A DNA stretch of 54,096 nt from a virus (taxonomy: Duplodnaviria; Caudoviricetes). Shown here in pieces: positions 36,409 to 45,292 of the stretch (positions within the stretch are counted from its first letter, which is position 1; the number at the start of each line of letters is the position of its first letter). The stretch spans positions 1 to 54,096 of IMG/VR virus record IMGVR_UViG_3300005613_000081, one strand, 5' to 3'. A model generated the notes under the pieces. The model saw nothing but the letters and a program-made list of their open reading frames with translations, was not told where the DNA came from and ran no database searches. The position numbers and the translations under genes were made by a program.

Positions 36409-39400
36409 ATGACTAAATTTACAATAAGTGCAGCATATTATACTTCTAGTGATTCTGACGGTCAAACAGCACTAGCAAATGATGCTTCTCATTTGATAGA
36501 TGGTGGTACTAGTGGTTATACTAATTTAGGTCCTGGTTATAATCAAGCTATAGGTGGTGATTTAGGCTCTGCGAAGTCTGTTTCTAGAATTGAAACCTCG
36601 ACTGATTCTGAGAGTTGGTCTGGTTTTAAAATTTTTTATAATTCTACTAATGGATCTTCTGGTTGGACTGAGGTCAGTAATTTAAGTGTTGATGTTTATG
36701 AAGGGTCTGGTCAAGGAGTTGGTGGTAAGTATTTAAATCAATGGAATTTTACAGCCGCTAGTGCAAGATGGTGGAAAGTTCTTGCTACAGATGGATCTGG
36801 TGTTCAATCTACTTATGAATTGGAGATATCTGGAGAGGAAGAGTCTTCAAGTAGTTCTTCCTCAGAGTCTAGTTCATCAAGTTCTGAAGCAGGTATAAGT
36901 TCATCAAGTTCTAGTGAATCTAGTTCTAGTAGTAGTGAATCTAGTTCTAGTTCTGCAGCTGAACCAAGTAAATTAACAATTAATGCGGCATATTATACTT
37001 CTAGTGATTCTGACGGTCAATCTAATTTAGATGTTTCAGCATCTCATCTTATAGATGGTGGTACTAGTGGTTATACTAATTTAGGTCCTGGACGTACTGC
37101 AGCAAGTATTGGTGGAGATTTAGGTTCTGCAAAGCTTGTTTCTAGAATTGAAACTTCTACGGATTCTGATTCATGGTCTAATTTTAAGGTTTTTTATAAT
37201 TCTACTAATGAATCTTCTGGTTGGACTGAGGTCAGTAATTTAAGTGTTGATAAATATAATTCTTCTGGTGAAGGAGTTGGTGGAAAATCCCTTAATCAGT
37301 GGAATTTTACAGAAGTAAGTGCTAGATGGTGGAAAGTATGGGGAACTTATGGCAGTTCTACTGGCGTTCAATCTGTTTATGAGTTAGAAATATTTGGAAC
37401 TGTTAGTGTTAGTAGTTCGAGCAGTTATAGTTCAGAATCTAGTTCCAGTTCAAGTGAATCTAGTTCAAGCAGTTCTAGTGAGTCTAGTTCCTCAAGTTCT
37501 AGTTCAGAATCATCAAGTTCTAGCGAGTCTAGTTCTAGCTCAAGTAGTTCGGAGTCTAGTTCTAGCAGTTCAAGTGAATCCAGTTCTAGCTCAAGTTATA
37601 GTTCTGAATCTAGTTCGAGTAGTAGTGAATCTAGCTCTAGTTCAAGTAGTTCAGAATCTAGTTCTTCGTCTAGTGAATCTAGTTCAAGTTCGTCCGCAGA
37701 GATTGTTGAATTTTCTGGTGATGGTTTGTGTGATGTTCCAGTTGAGTCCACTGATAAAACCCCTTTTGCCTTAACTCAGTGTTTAGAAATGACTGATGGG
37801 GATTGTGATAATGTTGATTGTATAACTGGATATCAGTATATGATTGGAATTGACCTTGGCAGTGCTAAAGGAATAAGCCGTCTTGTACTAGATCTCAGCA
37901 GTGGTAGTGCCGCTGCTTATATTGCCTCAGGGCCAAATGTAAGGTATTCAGATGATAATAGTACCTGGACTAGCGCTACTAGTCAAATTTTTAGTTCTAC
38001 TTCAGGACCCTGTAGTTACCAAATTACTGTTAATTTTAATTTGGCAACACACAGATATTGGAGAGTATGGTGTACATATAGACCTTTTTTACTTAATATT
38101 TCAGCTTTTGGTCCACAAGTTGAATCGAGTTCATCTAGTAGTTCTAGTGAATCATCAAGTTCTAGTGAGTCTAGTTCTACCAGTTCTAGTTCAGAATCTA
38201 GCTCCAGTTCAAGTGAATCTAGTTCTTCGTCTAGTTCAAGTGAATCTAGCTCAAGTAGTTCTAGTGAATCTAGTTCAAGTAGTGAATCTAGTTCTTCATC
38301 TAGTAAATCTAGTTCTAGTTCTAGTGAATCAAGTTCATCCTCAAGTTCTAGTGAATCTAGTTCTAGTAGTTCTAGTTCAGAGTCCAGCTCGTCATCTAGT
38401 TCTAGTGAATCTAGTTCTAGTAGCTCTAGCTCAGAATCAAGTTCTAGTTCAAGTTCTAGTGAATCTAGTTCTAGTTCAAGTTCTAGTGAATCCAGTTCTA
38501 GTTCTAGCTCAAGTATGTCAAGTTCAAGTAGTTCAAGCGAATCTAGTTCTAGTTCGAGTTCTAGTTCTGAATCTAGTTCTAGTTCTAGTGAATCAAGTTC
38601 AAGTTCTAGTGAATCTAGTTCTAGCTCTAGTTCTAGCGAGTCTAGTTCTAGTAGTTCAGAATCATCAAGTTCTAGTAAATCTAGTTCTAGTAGTTCTAAA
38701 TCTAGTTCTAGTTCTAGCAGTTCTGCGACTTTTTTTGATTTAGATGCTTCGTTAAATATAATTGATTATAAGGATTTGTATAGTTATGTACATAGTTTTA
38801 GTACATCTACACAAGATTTATCAGCTTATTTAACTCCTTTTTGTACATCTGATTTATCTGCATTTGTGGATGTTTATAAAGAGTTAGAAGTTGAGTCAAA
38901 TTTACCAGCCAGTGTGTTGGGAAGTTATGGTCCTGGTGACATAAGAGCGTCTATTTATGCGATTCCACCAAAAGATCTGTCTGCTTATATAAAATCATTT
39001 AAAGGATTACAAGTTCCTGTTGATTTAATTGCTTTGTCTGAAAGCTATGCTACTAGTAATTTGCAAGCTATGATAAATGCTGTTACTTATTATAATTTAT
39101 CTGCTTTTATAAATTCTATTGGTAAATCTGTGGATTTGAGTGCTACTATTATACCAAAAGTAATACATTTTAAGAAAGCTATTAATATTGCTTTACTTGA
39201 ACATAAAGATTTAAAAGCATTGGTTAATTTCATGTGTTTTTATTCGGAATATACAGATTTATCTTCGTATTTGAAGTGTATCTATAAACTTGATTTAAAA
39301 GGCATTGTTTTTGGAGCTGACCCTGTATCTAGTAATATAATAGATTTTAAGTTTTATATAAATACATCTATTTATAATGTTGAAGATACACTTAGTGTTA

Positions 39401-40113
39401 AATTTATAGCAGAATCAGGTATTACTGATTATACGTTATTAAAAGTAAAATTTAGTTCTATAGATAGATATATTGTTTTTAATACATTACCTGTGTTATT
39501 CGGTAGTTATTATTATAGAAATTTATCTGCTAGTATTACTGGTGTTTTAACTTCTTATGATTTAGGGGCTGAGTTAACTCCAGTTTTTGATTATAACTAT
39601 ACAGAGTTGCCTGCATGGGTTAGTCCCAAAACCCATGAGGCTGTTATTAATTTAAGTAGATTTGAATATCAATGGCAGAGATTTGTTGAATTGATGTTTG
39701 AAACTAATAGTGATGATAATTTTCATTATTTTTATGTTGGTGGGGAAAATAAGGTCTATAGGATTGATAGAAATAGGCATTGGACTATTTGGGCTAAATC
39801 CTATTTAGAAGATAGTGATAATTTTATAGAACGTAGGAGTGTTAGATATAAGTATATTTTTAAAATGTCTGATTATAATAATATAGATGAAGCTATTAGA
39901 GATTTGATAGATAGAGTTTCTACATATAGACAGTCTGATTTAGAGGCGTATATAAATGGTGGTTTGCCACCACATTTGAATTTAGGAGCTATTTTGATTC
40001 CAGATGTGAAATATACTTGGCAGAAACATATACATTCTTCTATTATAGGACGTCTTAGAGGGTATATTGGTACTCAAACAAAAGATTTAGGTGCATTAAT
40101 CAATGGGGTTTAA
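36409..40113 (+). CDS. Adhesin-like virion protein: three F5/8-type C-like domains separated by poly-Ser/Glu linkers, with a C-terminal [DN]LxAx[IVL] repeat region
   Basis: Domains at about 36409-36834 and 36967-37398 are close copies of the 14399 N-terminal domain. A third, divergent domain (GIDLGSAK...YSDDNSTW...RYWRV) lies at about 37696-38124. Confidence 0.75.
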   Translation: MTKFTISAAYYTSSDSDGQTALANDASHLIDGGTSGYTNLGPGYNQAIGGDLGSAKSVSRIETSTDSESWSGFKIFYNSTNGSSGWTEVSNLSVDVYEGSGQGVGGKYLNQWNFTAASARWWKVLATDGSGVQSTYELEISGEEESSSSSSSESSSSSSEAGISSSSSSESSSSSSESSSSSAAEPSKLTINAAYYTSSDSDGQSNLDVSASHLIDGGTSGYTNLGPGRTAASIGGDLGSAKLVSRIETSTDSDSWSNFKVFYNSTNESSGWTEVSNLSVDKYNSSGEGVGGKSLNQWNFTEVSARWWKVWGTYGSSTGVQSVYELEIFGTVSVSSSSSYSSESSSSSSESSSSSSSESSSSSSSSESSSSSESSSSSSSSESSSSSSSESSSSSSYSSESSSSSSESSSSSSSSESSSSSSESSSSSSAEIVEFSGDGLCDVPVESTDKTPFALTQCLEMTDGDCDNVDCITGYQYMIGIDLGSAKGISRLVLDLSSGSAAAYIASGPNVRYSDDNSTWTSATSQIFSSTSGPCSYQITVNFNLATHRYWRVWCTYRPFLLNISAFGPQVESSSSSSSSESSSSSESSSTSSSSESSSSSSESSSSSSSSESSSSSSSESSSSSESSSSSSKSSSSSSESSSSSSSSESSSSSSSSESSSSSSSSESSSSSSSSESSSSSSSSESSSSSSSSESSSSSSSSMSSSSSSSESSSSSSSSSESSSSSSESSSSSSESSSSSSSSESSSSSSESSSSSKSSSSSSKSSSSSSSSATFFDLDASLNIIDYKDLYSYVHSFSTSTQDLSAYLTPFCTSDLSAFVDVYKELEVESNLPASVLGSYGPGDIRASIYAIPPKDLSAYIKSFKGLQVPVDLIALSESYATSNLQAMINAVTYYNLSAFINSIGKSVDLSATIIPKVIHFKKAINIALLEHKDLKALVNFMCFYSEYTDLSSYLKCIYKLDLKGIVFGADPVSSNIIDFKFYINTSIYNVEDTLSVKFIAESGITDYTLLKVKFSSIDRYIVFNTLPVLFGSYYYRNLSASITGVLTSYDLGAELTPVFDYNYTELPAWVSPKTHEAVINLSRFEYQWQRFVELMFETNSDDNFHYFYVGGENKVYRIDRNRHWTIWAKSYLEDSDNFIERRSVRYKYIFKMSDYNNIDEAIRDLIDRVSTYRQSDLEAYINGGLPPHLNLGAILIPDVKYTWQKHIHSSIIGRLRGYIGTQTKDLGALINGV
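36844..36954 (+). repeat. Poly-Ser/Glu linker 1
   Basis: Degenerate TCN-AGT array, about 37 codons. Confidence 0.9.
37411..37695 (+). repeat. Poly-Ser/Glu linker 2
   Basis: Degenerate TCN-AGT array, about 95 codons. Confidence 0.95.
38125..38724 (+). repeat. Poly-Ser/Glu linker 3
   Basis: Degenerate TCN-AGT array, about 200 codons. Confidence 0.95.
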
Positions 40114-40144
40114 AGTTTTTGAAAAAAAAATTAAGTAGGTGTAT

Positions 40145-40180
40145 TTTTTATCTAGCAAAATTTAGATTTTATTCTATAAT
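40145..40180 (+). promoter_or_regulatory. Putative sigma70-like promoter P1
   Basis: T-tract, then CTAGCA (40152-57), 17 nt, TATAAT (40175-80). The layout repeats 92 bp downstream. Confidence 0.6.
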
Positions 40181-40235
40181 AAAGTCATAAAGACGAAATT
40201 AATATTAAATTGTGATTTATTTATATATTTTTTAA

Positions 40236-40272
40236 TTTTTTATTTAGCAAAACTACAAAAATATTCTATAAC
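40236..40272 (+). promoter_or_regulatory. Putative sigma70-like promoter P2
   Basis: T-tract, then TTAGCA (40244-49), 17 nt, TATAAC (40267-72). Shares tagcaaaa and tattctataa with P1. Confidence 0.6.
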
Positions 40273-40303
40273 TATATTTAAGTAAAGATGATGGGAGAAA
40301 TGT

Positions 40304-40957
40304 ATGAATTTAGAGTTTATTAAGGCAACTACAATTAGTGATAGTTGGTTTTTATGTTTAAATAAAATTTTTAAAGTTGGTAGAAAATATAAAATAGATA
40401 GAGGTAGTTATGCTGGTCAAAGCAGGTTGGAGTTTGACCATATAACTATTCATATTAAATACCCCAGTGTTCGTCCTTTATTACCGGAATGCCCAATTTC
40501 TTCTGGTATCCCAAACCCTGCCTCAAACGAATATCTTGAAGAATATCTTTCTTATTTAATGACATCAGCTAAAAAACCTAATGAATTTTATACTTATGGA
40601 ATTGACGTGGAGCCTCAAATGAAAGAAGTTATAAAAATGTTTAAGGAAGGAGGTCCAAATACCAACCAAGCTTGCATGACTATTGGGAATGTTAATTCTA
40701 TTAAATTAGAAGACCCGCAATGTTTAAAGATTTTAGATTTTAGGATTTCTAATAATAAATTACACGTTGTTATTTATTTTAGAAGCAATGATTTGTGGGG
40801 CGGTTACCCAGTAAATATTGCATCTATACAAGTACTTAAGGAATATATATCTGATGAGGTAGGTGTAGAAGATGGGGAAATTATTTATTCTGGAAAAGGT
40901 CTTCATTTGTATGATCATTGTTTGGATATAGCTAAAAAAGTGATAGGTAAGAAATGA
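40304..40957 (+). CDS. thyA: Thymidylate synthase family protein (short, archaeal-like form)
   Basis: YTYG, DPQCL (catalytic Cys), FRSNDL.GG.PVNIA (Asn indicating dUMP specificity), GLHLYD. Confidence 0.8.
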   Translation: MNLEFIKATTISDSWFLCLNKIFKVGRKYKIDRGSYAGQSRLEFDHITIHIKYPSVRPLLPECPISSGIPNPASNEYLEEYLSYLMTSAKKPNEFYTYGIDVEPQMKEVIKMFKEGGPNTNQACMTIGNVNSIKLEDPQCLKILDFRISNNKLHVVIYFRSNDLWGGYPVNIASIQVLKEYISDEVGVEDGEIIYSGKGLHLYDHCLDIAKKVIGKK

Positions 40958-41481
40958 TAGAAATTTGGAAAGAAATAAAAAATTGGCCTGGATACGAAGT
41001 TTCTGATGTGGGAAGGGTTAGATGTTGGAATCCTAGAAATAGAAATGCTAAAATACCGATTGAGCCGAGGATTGTTGGTGGCTGGGTTTGTCCTACTAAT
41101 GGATATCCTTTTGTGGCATTGAGTAAAAATGGTGAGGCTATACAGTTTCCAGTGCATTTTTTGGTACTTACTAATTTTATTTCTGAAAGACCTAAAGATA
41201 TGGAAGCTAGGCATTTAGATGGTGATAAATTGAATTGCAGATTATCTAATTTAAAATGGGGAACTCCTAAAGAAAATCAGGCAGATAGATTTATACATCT
41301 AACGGATAATAGGGGTGAACGGCATAGTTTGAGTAAGCTTTCTAAAGGAAAAGTTTTAGAAATAAAACAAATGTTGGCAAACGGGGTATCTCAGAGTAAA
41401 ATATCAAGAAAATTTTGTGTGTCTAGATCAGCTATAAGTGAAATAAATAGAGGAAAAAATTGGGGATGGTTAAAATTATAG
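40954..41481 (+). CDS. Free-standing NUMOD4-HNH homing endonuclease with C-terminal HTH
   Basis: EIWKEI..WPGYEVSDVGRVR (NUMOD4); VH.LV...F.....ARHLDGDK.N.RLSNLKWGT.KEN (HNH); RGE....SKL...SQ..I...F.VSRSAIS.I..GK.W. Confidence 0.9.
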   Translation: MIEIWKEIKNWPGYEVSDVGRVRCWNPRNRNAKIPIEPRIVGGWVCPTNGYPFVALSKNGEAIQFPVHFLVLTNFISERPKDMEARHLDGDKLNCRLSNLKWGTPKENQADRFIHLTDNRGERHSLSKLSKGKVLEIKQMLANGVSQSKISRKFCVSRSAISEINRGKNWGWLKL

Positions 41482-41530
41482 CAAAGAAAAGAAAATTAGT
41501 AATTTGTAAAAAATAAAGGAGTAAAAAATA

Positions 41531-41758
41531 ATGGTAAAATTAGAGGCAAAAAAAGATGGAAAAGGCAATGTAGTTATTTCAGAAAATAGTTTTGAGCATC
41601 TATTGAATTGTTTAGACAACCAAAAATTTGTTGGTGAGGTACCGCCAAACGGCGATGCTATGGATATGGATAGAGATGAATATAACAATGTACAGATAGA
41701 TATACAAAATGCTATAGATGATTTTAATAGACAATGTAGAAATTTATTACACGATTAA
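41531..41758 (+). CDS. Hypothetical protein
   Basis: 75-aa ORF with RBS aaggag. Confidence 0.7.
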   Translation: MVKLEAKKDGKGNVVISENSFEHLLNCLDNQKFVGEVPPNGDAMDMDRDEYNNVQIDIQNAIDDFNRQCRNLLHD

Positions 41759-41769
41759 AGGAGTAAGCA

Positions 41770-41985
41770 ATGTTAGAGGTAAAAATAGTTCATGACGATG
41801 AATATTATTGTAGTTATTTAGTAGTATTACATAATGGAAAAGAAATTAGACGTCATAGTGATGAAATGGAGCCTGAAGATGTAATGTTTTATAGAGATCT
41901 ATCATGGGTAGGAGATGCAATTTTAGAATCTTATGAATTAGGTAAAAAGGACAGTAAATGTAAGGAGGAGAGGGATGGAATTTAA
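41770..41985 (+). CDS. Hypothetical protein
   Basis: 71-aa ORF with RBS aaggag. Confidence 0.7.
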   Translation: MLEVKIVHDDEYYCSYLVVLHNGKEIRRHSDEMEPEDVMFYRDLSWVGDAILESYELGKKDSKCKEERDGI

Positions 41986-43099
41986 AATACCGGTTAAAGA
42001 ATTACAGATCATAGTTTCAAAATTATCTAATGTAATAAAAATGAATGCTGATGATATTTCTAGTATGATTTATATTGAAGCTGCTAATAATGAGTTAAAA
42101 TTTAAAGGATCGTCTGGATTTGTACATGTTATTATTTCTGCTAATGATTTTGAAATTATAGAGAGTGGAAAACTGTTATGTAAATTAATAGATATAAAGG
42201 GATATATATCAAAATTTTTGCCTTTAAGTGAAGGATATGGTACTGACTTTTTTCATTTTATTTCCAATGACAGTGAAGGTACGATTAAAGCTAAGACTTT
42301 ATTTAGGGATGGTAGATTTGCTAATAGGAAACTTGTATTTGATTTATATAATTATGAAGAAAGACCAATTAAACCTTTTGGTGAACCTCAGTTTATAGTT
42401 AATAGTAATATTCTTAAGCAGGGAATAGAAAAAGTTTTTCATTGTGTGGATCCGAATGAAGTTAGATCTGCTCTTAAAGGTATAAGTATTACTATAGATG
42501 ATGGTAAAGTTACTTTTGCAGGCACTAATGGTGTAAAACTTGTGGAAAGTATTGTAAGTACTGATATTGAAATATCTAAATTATCTAAACTTTTTAGGTA
42601 TGATTTATCTAATGTGTTATATCTTTTGTTAGAAAATGATAGTCAAGTGTTTATTAATATTGAAGGTAGTATTGTGTACGTAAAGTCTGATAATATGTAT
42701 ATAGCTGGACAATTAATTATTGATAGCACCTATCCTGATTATACTAAGCTTTTTGAATGTAAGGAAACTATTGTTGTTCCTAGAACAGATTTTGTGGATA
42801 GTATTTTTACATTATTAGAAGTTTTAGATTCTGAAGATAATAATAGGTTAACATTATGTTTTGATGGGAATAAATTCATAGTTAAAAATAATAAAGCTGA
42901 ATCTGAGCATATTTTTGATAGGGTTTTTAAAACTAAGTTAGATATTGATGTTAACGGAATTATTTTAGCATCATTATTAAAGGATATTACTGGAGAATAT
43001 CTTGAAATTAATTTTACTAAAGGTGATAATTGTGTTATATTTAAAACCAAGGATTCAGATGATCATAGAGCTTTGATAACTGTTGTTAATCGTCGATAA
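41975..43099 (+). CDS. dnaN: DNA polymerase III beta-type sliding clamp
   Basis: 374 aa; MEFKI...L, EVRSALKGI, FAGTNGVKL, IDSTYPDY..L and I.VN...L patterns of beta clamps. Confidence 0.85.
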   Translation: MEFKIPVKELQIIVSKLSNVIKMNADDISSMIYIEAANNELKFKGSSGFVHVIISANDFEIIESGKLLCKLIDIKGYISKFLPLSEGYGTDFFHFISNDSEGTIKAKTLFRDGRFANRKLVFDLYNYEERPIKPFGEPQFIVNSNILKQGIEKVFHCVDPNEVRSALKGISITIDDGKVTFAGTNGVKLVESIVSTDIEISKLSKLFRYDLSNVLYLLLENDSQVFINIEGSIVYVKSDNMYIAGQLIIDSTYPDYTKLFECKETIVVPRTDFVDSIFTLLEVLDSEDNNRLTLCFDGNKFIVKNNKAESEHIFDRVFKTKLDIDVNGIILASLLKDITGEYLEINFTKGDNCVIFKTKDSDDHRALITVVNRR

Positions 43100-43130
43100 T
43101 TAGGTTTTATAATATATGTTATAGGAATAT

Positions 43131-43691
43131 GTGAATATGACACGTCAATCTGATATATTTATTAAGAATAAGTCACAAGAAGAGATTAAGATTTTGGAAT
43201 CTAAAAAGATTTTAATGAGTTATGGATATAAAGTTATAGATCCTTTGGAAGTAAATAAATCAGTGACTAATATACCAGAATTAAGAAAGTATTTTTATGC
43301 GAGGCTTTGGAATAAATACCCAGTTAGGATGCAATATTATACCCAACATCCTAAAGAAGAGATGAGAGTTTTAAGGGAATTTGTGGAGTCTAGAGAATTT
43401 AATACTAATAGAAATTCAGCTATTCAAGAATGTGTTGCTATAATAGATACGCTATTTGATTATGAAGATAATTTTAGATTAGAAAAGCCAATAACAGATG
43501 TTATGATTTTTAGAATAGGTTGGATTATTAGTCTTGCTATTTCCATTATGAATTTAAATAAAGAGCGTGATAATGAGGTTATATTAAATAAAATTATGGA
43601 GAAATTTGAGGATGAGTATATGGAAAAAGAGTACACAAGTGTTTTAAAAGATAAATCCAAGAAATTAGGTAAGATGTTAAATGAAGAGTAA
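43131..43691 (+). CDS. Hypothetical protein
   Basis: 186-aa ORF; start uncertain (GTG 43131 or ATG 43137). Confidence 0.7.
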   Translation: MNMTRQSDIFIKNKSQEEIKILESKKILMSYGYKVIDPLEVNKSVTNIPELRKYFYARLWNKYPVRMQYYTQHPKEEMRVLREFVESREFNTNRNSAIQECVAIIDTLFDYEDNFRLEKPITDVMIFRIGWIISLAISIMNLNKERDNEVILNKIMEKFEDEYMEKEYTSVLKDKSKKLGKMLNEE

Positions 43692-43875
43692 TAAAATTGT
43701 GTGTAAACATGAAAATTGGGCATTGGCTGGATATCCTTATGAAATAGATGGTGAAGGAATTGTGAGAGTATCTAGTATATATGAAGTGTATTGTAAAGAT
43801 TGTAAAAATTTTGTAAATCTTCTTAGTAAAGAAATTATAAATGATAAAGGACTGTTAAAAATTGGAGGACTATAA
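43681..43875 (+). CDS. Small hypothetical protein, possible Zn-binding (CxH...CxxC)
   Basis: CKH and CKDC motifs; coupled to recA. Confidence 0.65.
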   Translation: MKSNKIVCKHENWALAGYPYEIDGEGIVRVSSIYEVYCKDCKNFVNLLSKEIINDKGLLKIGGL

Positions 43876-44918
43876 TGCCAAAAAAGAAAACATCTAAGGA
43901 TGAAGTGGTTGTTAAAGGAGCAAATACTTTAGATATAGCTAGGAAATCTATAATTAAGAAATATGGTGAAGGAATAATTAGTTTTTTAGGCGAACATGAG
44001 GATTTAGAGATAGATGCTATTTCTACTGGTTGTTTATCTCTAGACTCTGCAACTGGTATAGGAGGGTTTGCTAGGGGAAGGCTTTATGAAGTATTTGGTC
44101 CTAATAGTAGTGGTAAGTCTACATTAGCTTTAAGTGTTGTTATGCAGGCATTAAAAAGAGATATGCATATAGCGTATATAGATGCTGAACACTCTTTAGA
44201 CCCTAAACTTGCGAGGAATATGGGTAAAGAAGTTGGAGTTGGGGATAAAGTGGATAAAATCGAACTAGTACAAGCATATACTGGTGATGATAATTTAGAA
44301 GCTGCTGAAATATTGATGAAAAGTAATAGTATTGATGTATTAGTTGTTGATAGTGTGTCTTCGTTGTTACCTAAAGCAATGGCTGAGGGTGAAATAGGAG
44401 ATAATTATATGGGTTTATTAGCTAAACTAATGAGCAAAGCATGTATTAAATTAACACCTATAGCTAATGAAACTAATACATTGTTAATTTTTATTAATCA
44501 AATACGTCATGCTATTGGTAAGTGGGGAGATAGTAGAGTACCTACTGGTGGAGAAGCTTTGGGTTTTTATACTACTGGTAGAATACGTGTTGAAGGTGGT
44601 GAAAGTAAAAAATCACATATAGTAAATGATGAGGGTGTTGTTATAGGACATGTGTGTGATTTTAATATAATTAAAAACAAACTAGCTGCACCTTGGAGAG
44701 ATGCATCAATAAATTTAATATATGGACATGGATATGATTTTGTTATGGAGGTTATAGATCTTGCTGTACAGTTTGGAGTAGTAGAACAAGTTGGATCTTG
44801 GTTTAATTATAATGGTGAAAAATACAAAGGTAAACAAAATTTGGTTAAACTATTTAGAGAAGACAATACAGTTTATGAAAATGTTAGATCTTTAGTTAAA
44901 GAAATGTTAGGACTATAA
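43875..44918 (+). CDS. recA: RecA/UvsX recombinase
   Basis: ISTG.L.LD.A.GIGG..RGR..EVFGP.SSGKSTL, YIDAEHSLDP, VVDSV, IFINQIR, KNKLAAP. Confidence 0.97.
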   Translation: MPKKKTSKDEVVVKGANTLDIARKSIIKKYGEGIISFLGEHEDLEIDAISTGCLSLDSATGIGGFARGRLYEVFGPNSSGKSTLALSVVMQALKRDMHIAYIDAEHSLDPKLARNMGKEVGVGDKVDKIELVQAYTGDDNLEAAEILMKSNSIDVLVVDSVSSLLPKAMAEGEIGDNYMGLLAKLMSKACIKLTPIANETNTLLIFINQIRHAIGKWGDSRVPTGGEALGFYTTGRIRVEGGESKKSHIVNDEGVVIGHVCDFNIIKNKLAAPWRDASINLIYGHGYDFVMEVIDLAVQFGVVEQVGSWFNYNGEKYKGKQNLVKLFREDNTVYENVRSLVKEMLGL

Positions 44919-45292
44919 TGAGTGTATTGTCAGATAAAGTTTATGATTTATTAAATGATTTATTTAAGTACAATATTATAGTACCTGAGTATTATATAAA
45001 TTATAAAGGTAGTAAATTATTTTTTGATTTTTATATAAAAGATCTTTCTATACTTTTTGAAGTACAGGGTAGGCAGCATAGTGAATTTACTAAACATTTT
45101 CATAAAGACAGTTCGGGTTTTATTAATTCTAAAAAGAGAGATAATTTAAAGTTAAGGTATGTTGAAGAAAATAAAATACCTTTTGTAGTTGTAAATTACA
45201 ATGAAAGAATAAGTAAGGGTTTGTTATTAGGAAAAATAATTGAAGCACAAAGCGAGGTTTTAAATAATGACAGAAATAATAATGTTGGATAA
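44918..45292 (+). CDS. Small DUF559/Vsr-like PD-(D/E)XK nuclease
   Basis: FDFYI.....FEVQGRQH...F...RD..K motif. Confidence 0.7.
   Translation: MSVLSDKVYDLLNDLFKYNIIVPEYYINYKGSKLFFDFYIKDLSILFEVQGRQHSEFTKHFHKDSSGFINSKKRDNLKLRYVEENKIPFVVVNYNERISKGLLLGKIIEAQSEVLNNDRNNNVG

Noticed and set aside
14399-37398. Diversity-generating retroelement (TR/VR pair) as the explanation for the duplicated domain
   Set aside because: Differences between copies are not adenine-specific, all copies are coding, and there is no reverse transcriptase in the window.
40304-40957. dCMP hydroxymethylase (T4-like hmC pathway)
   Set aside because: The specificity position reads PVNIA (Asn, dUMP-type) rather than Asp.
40954-41481. 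Group I intron in thyA carrying the HNH gene
   Set aside because: ThyA appears complete through its HLY motif before the HNH start, and no downstream exon or intron core is evident.
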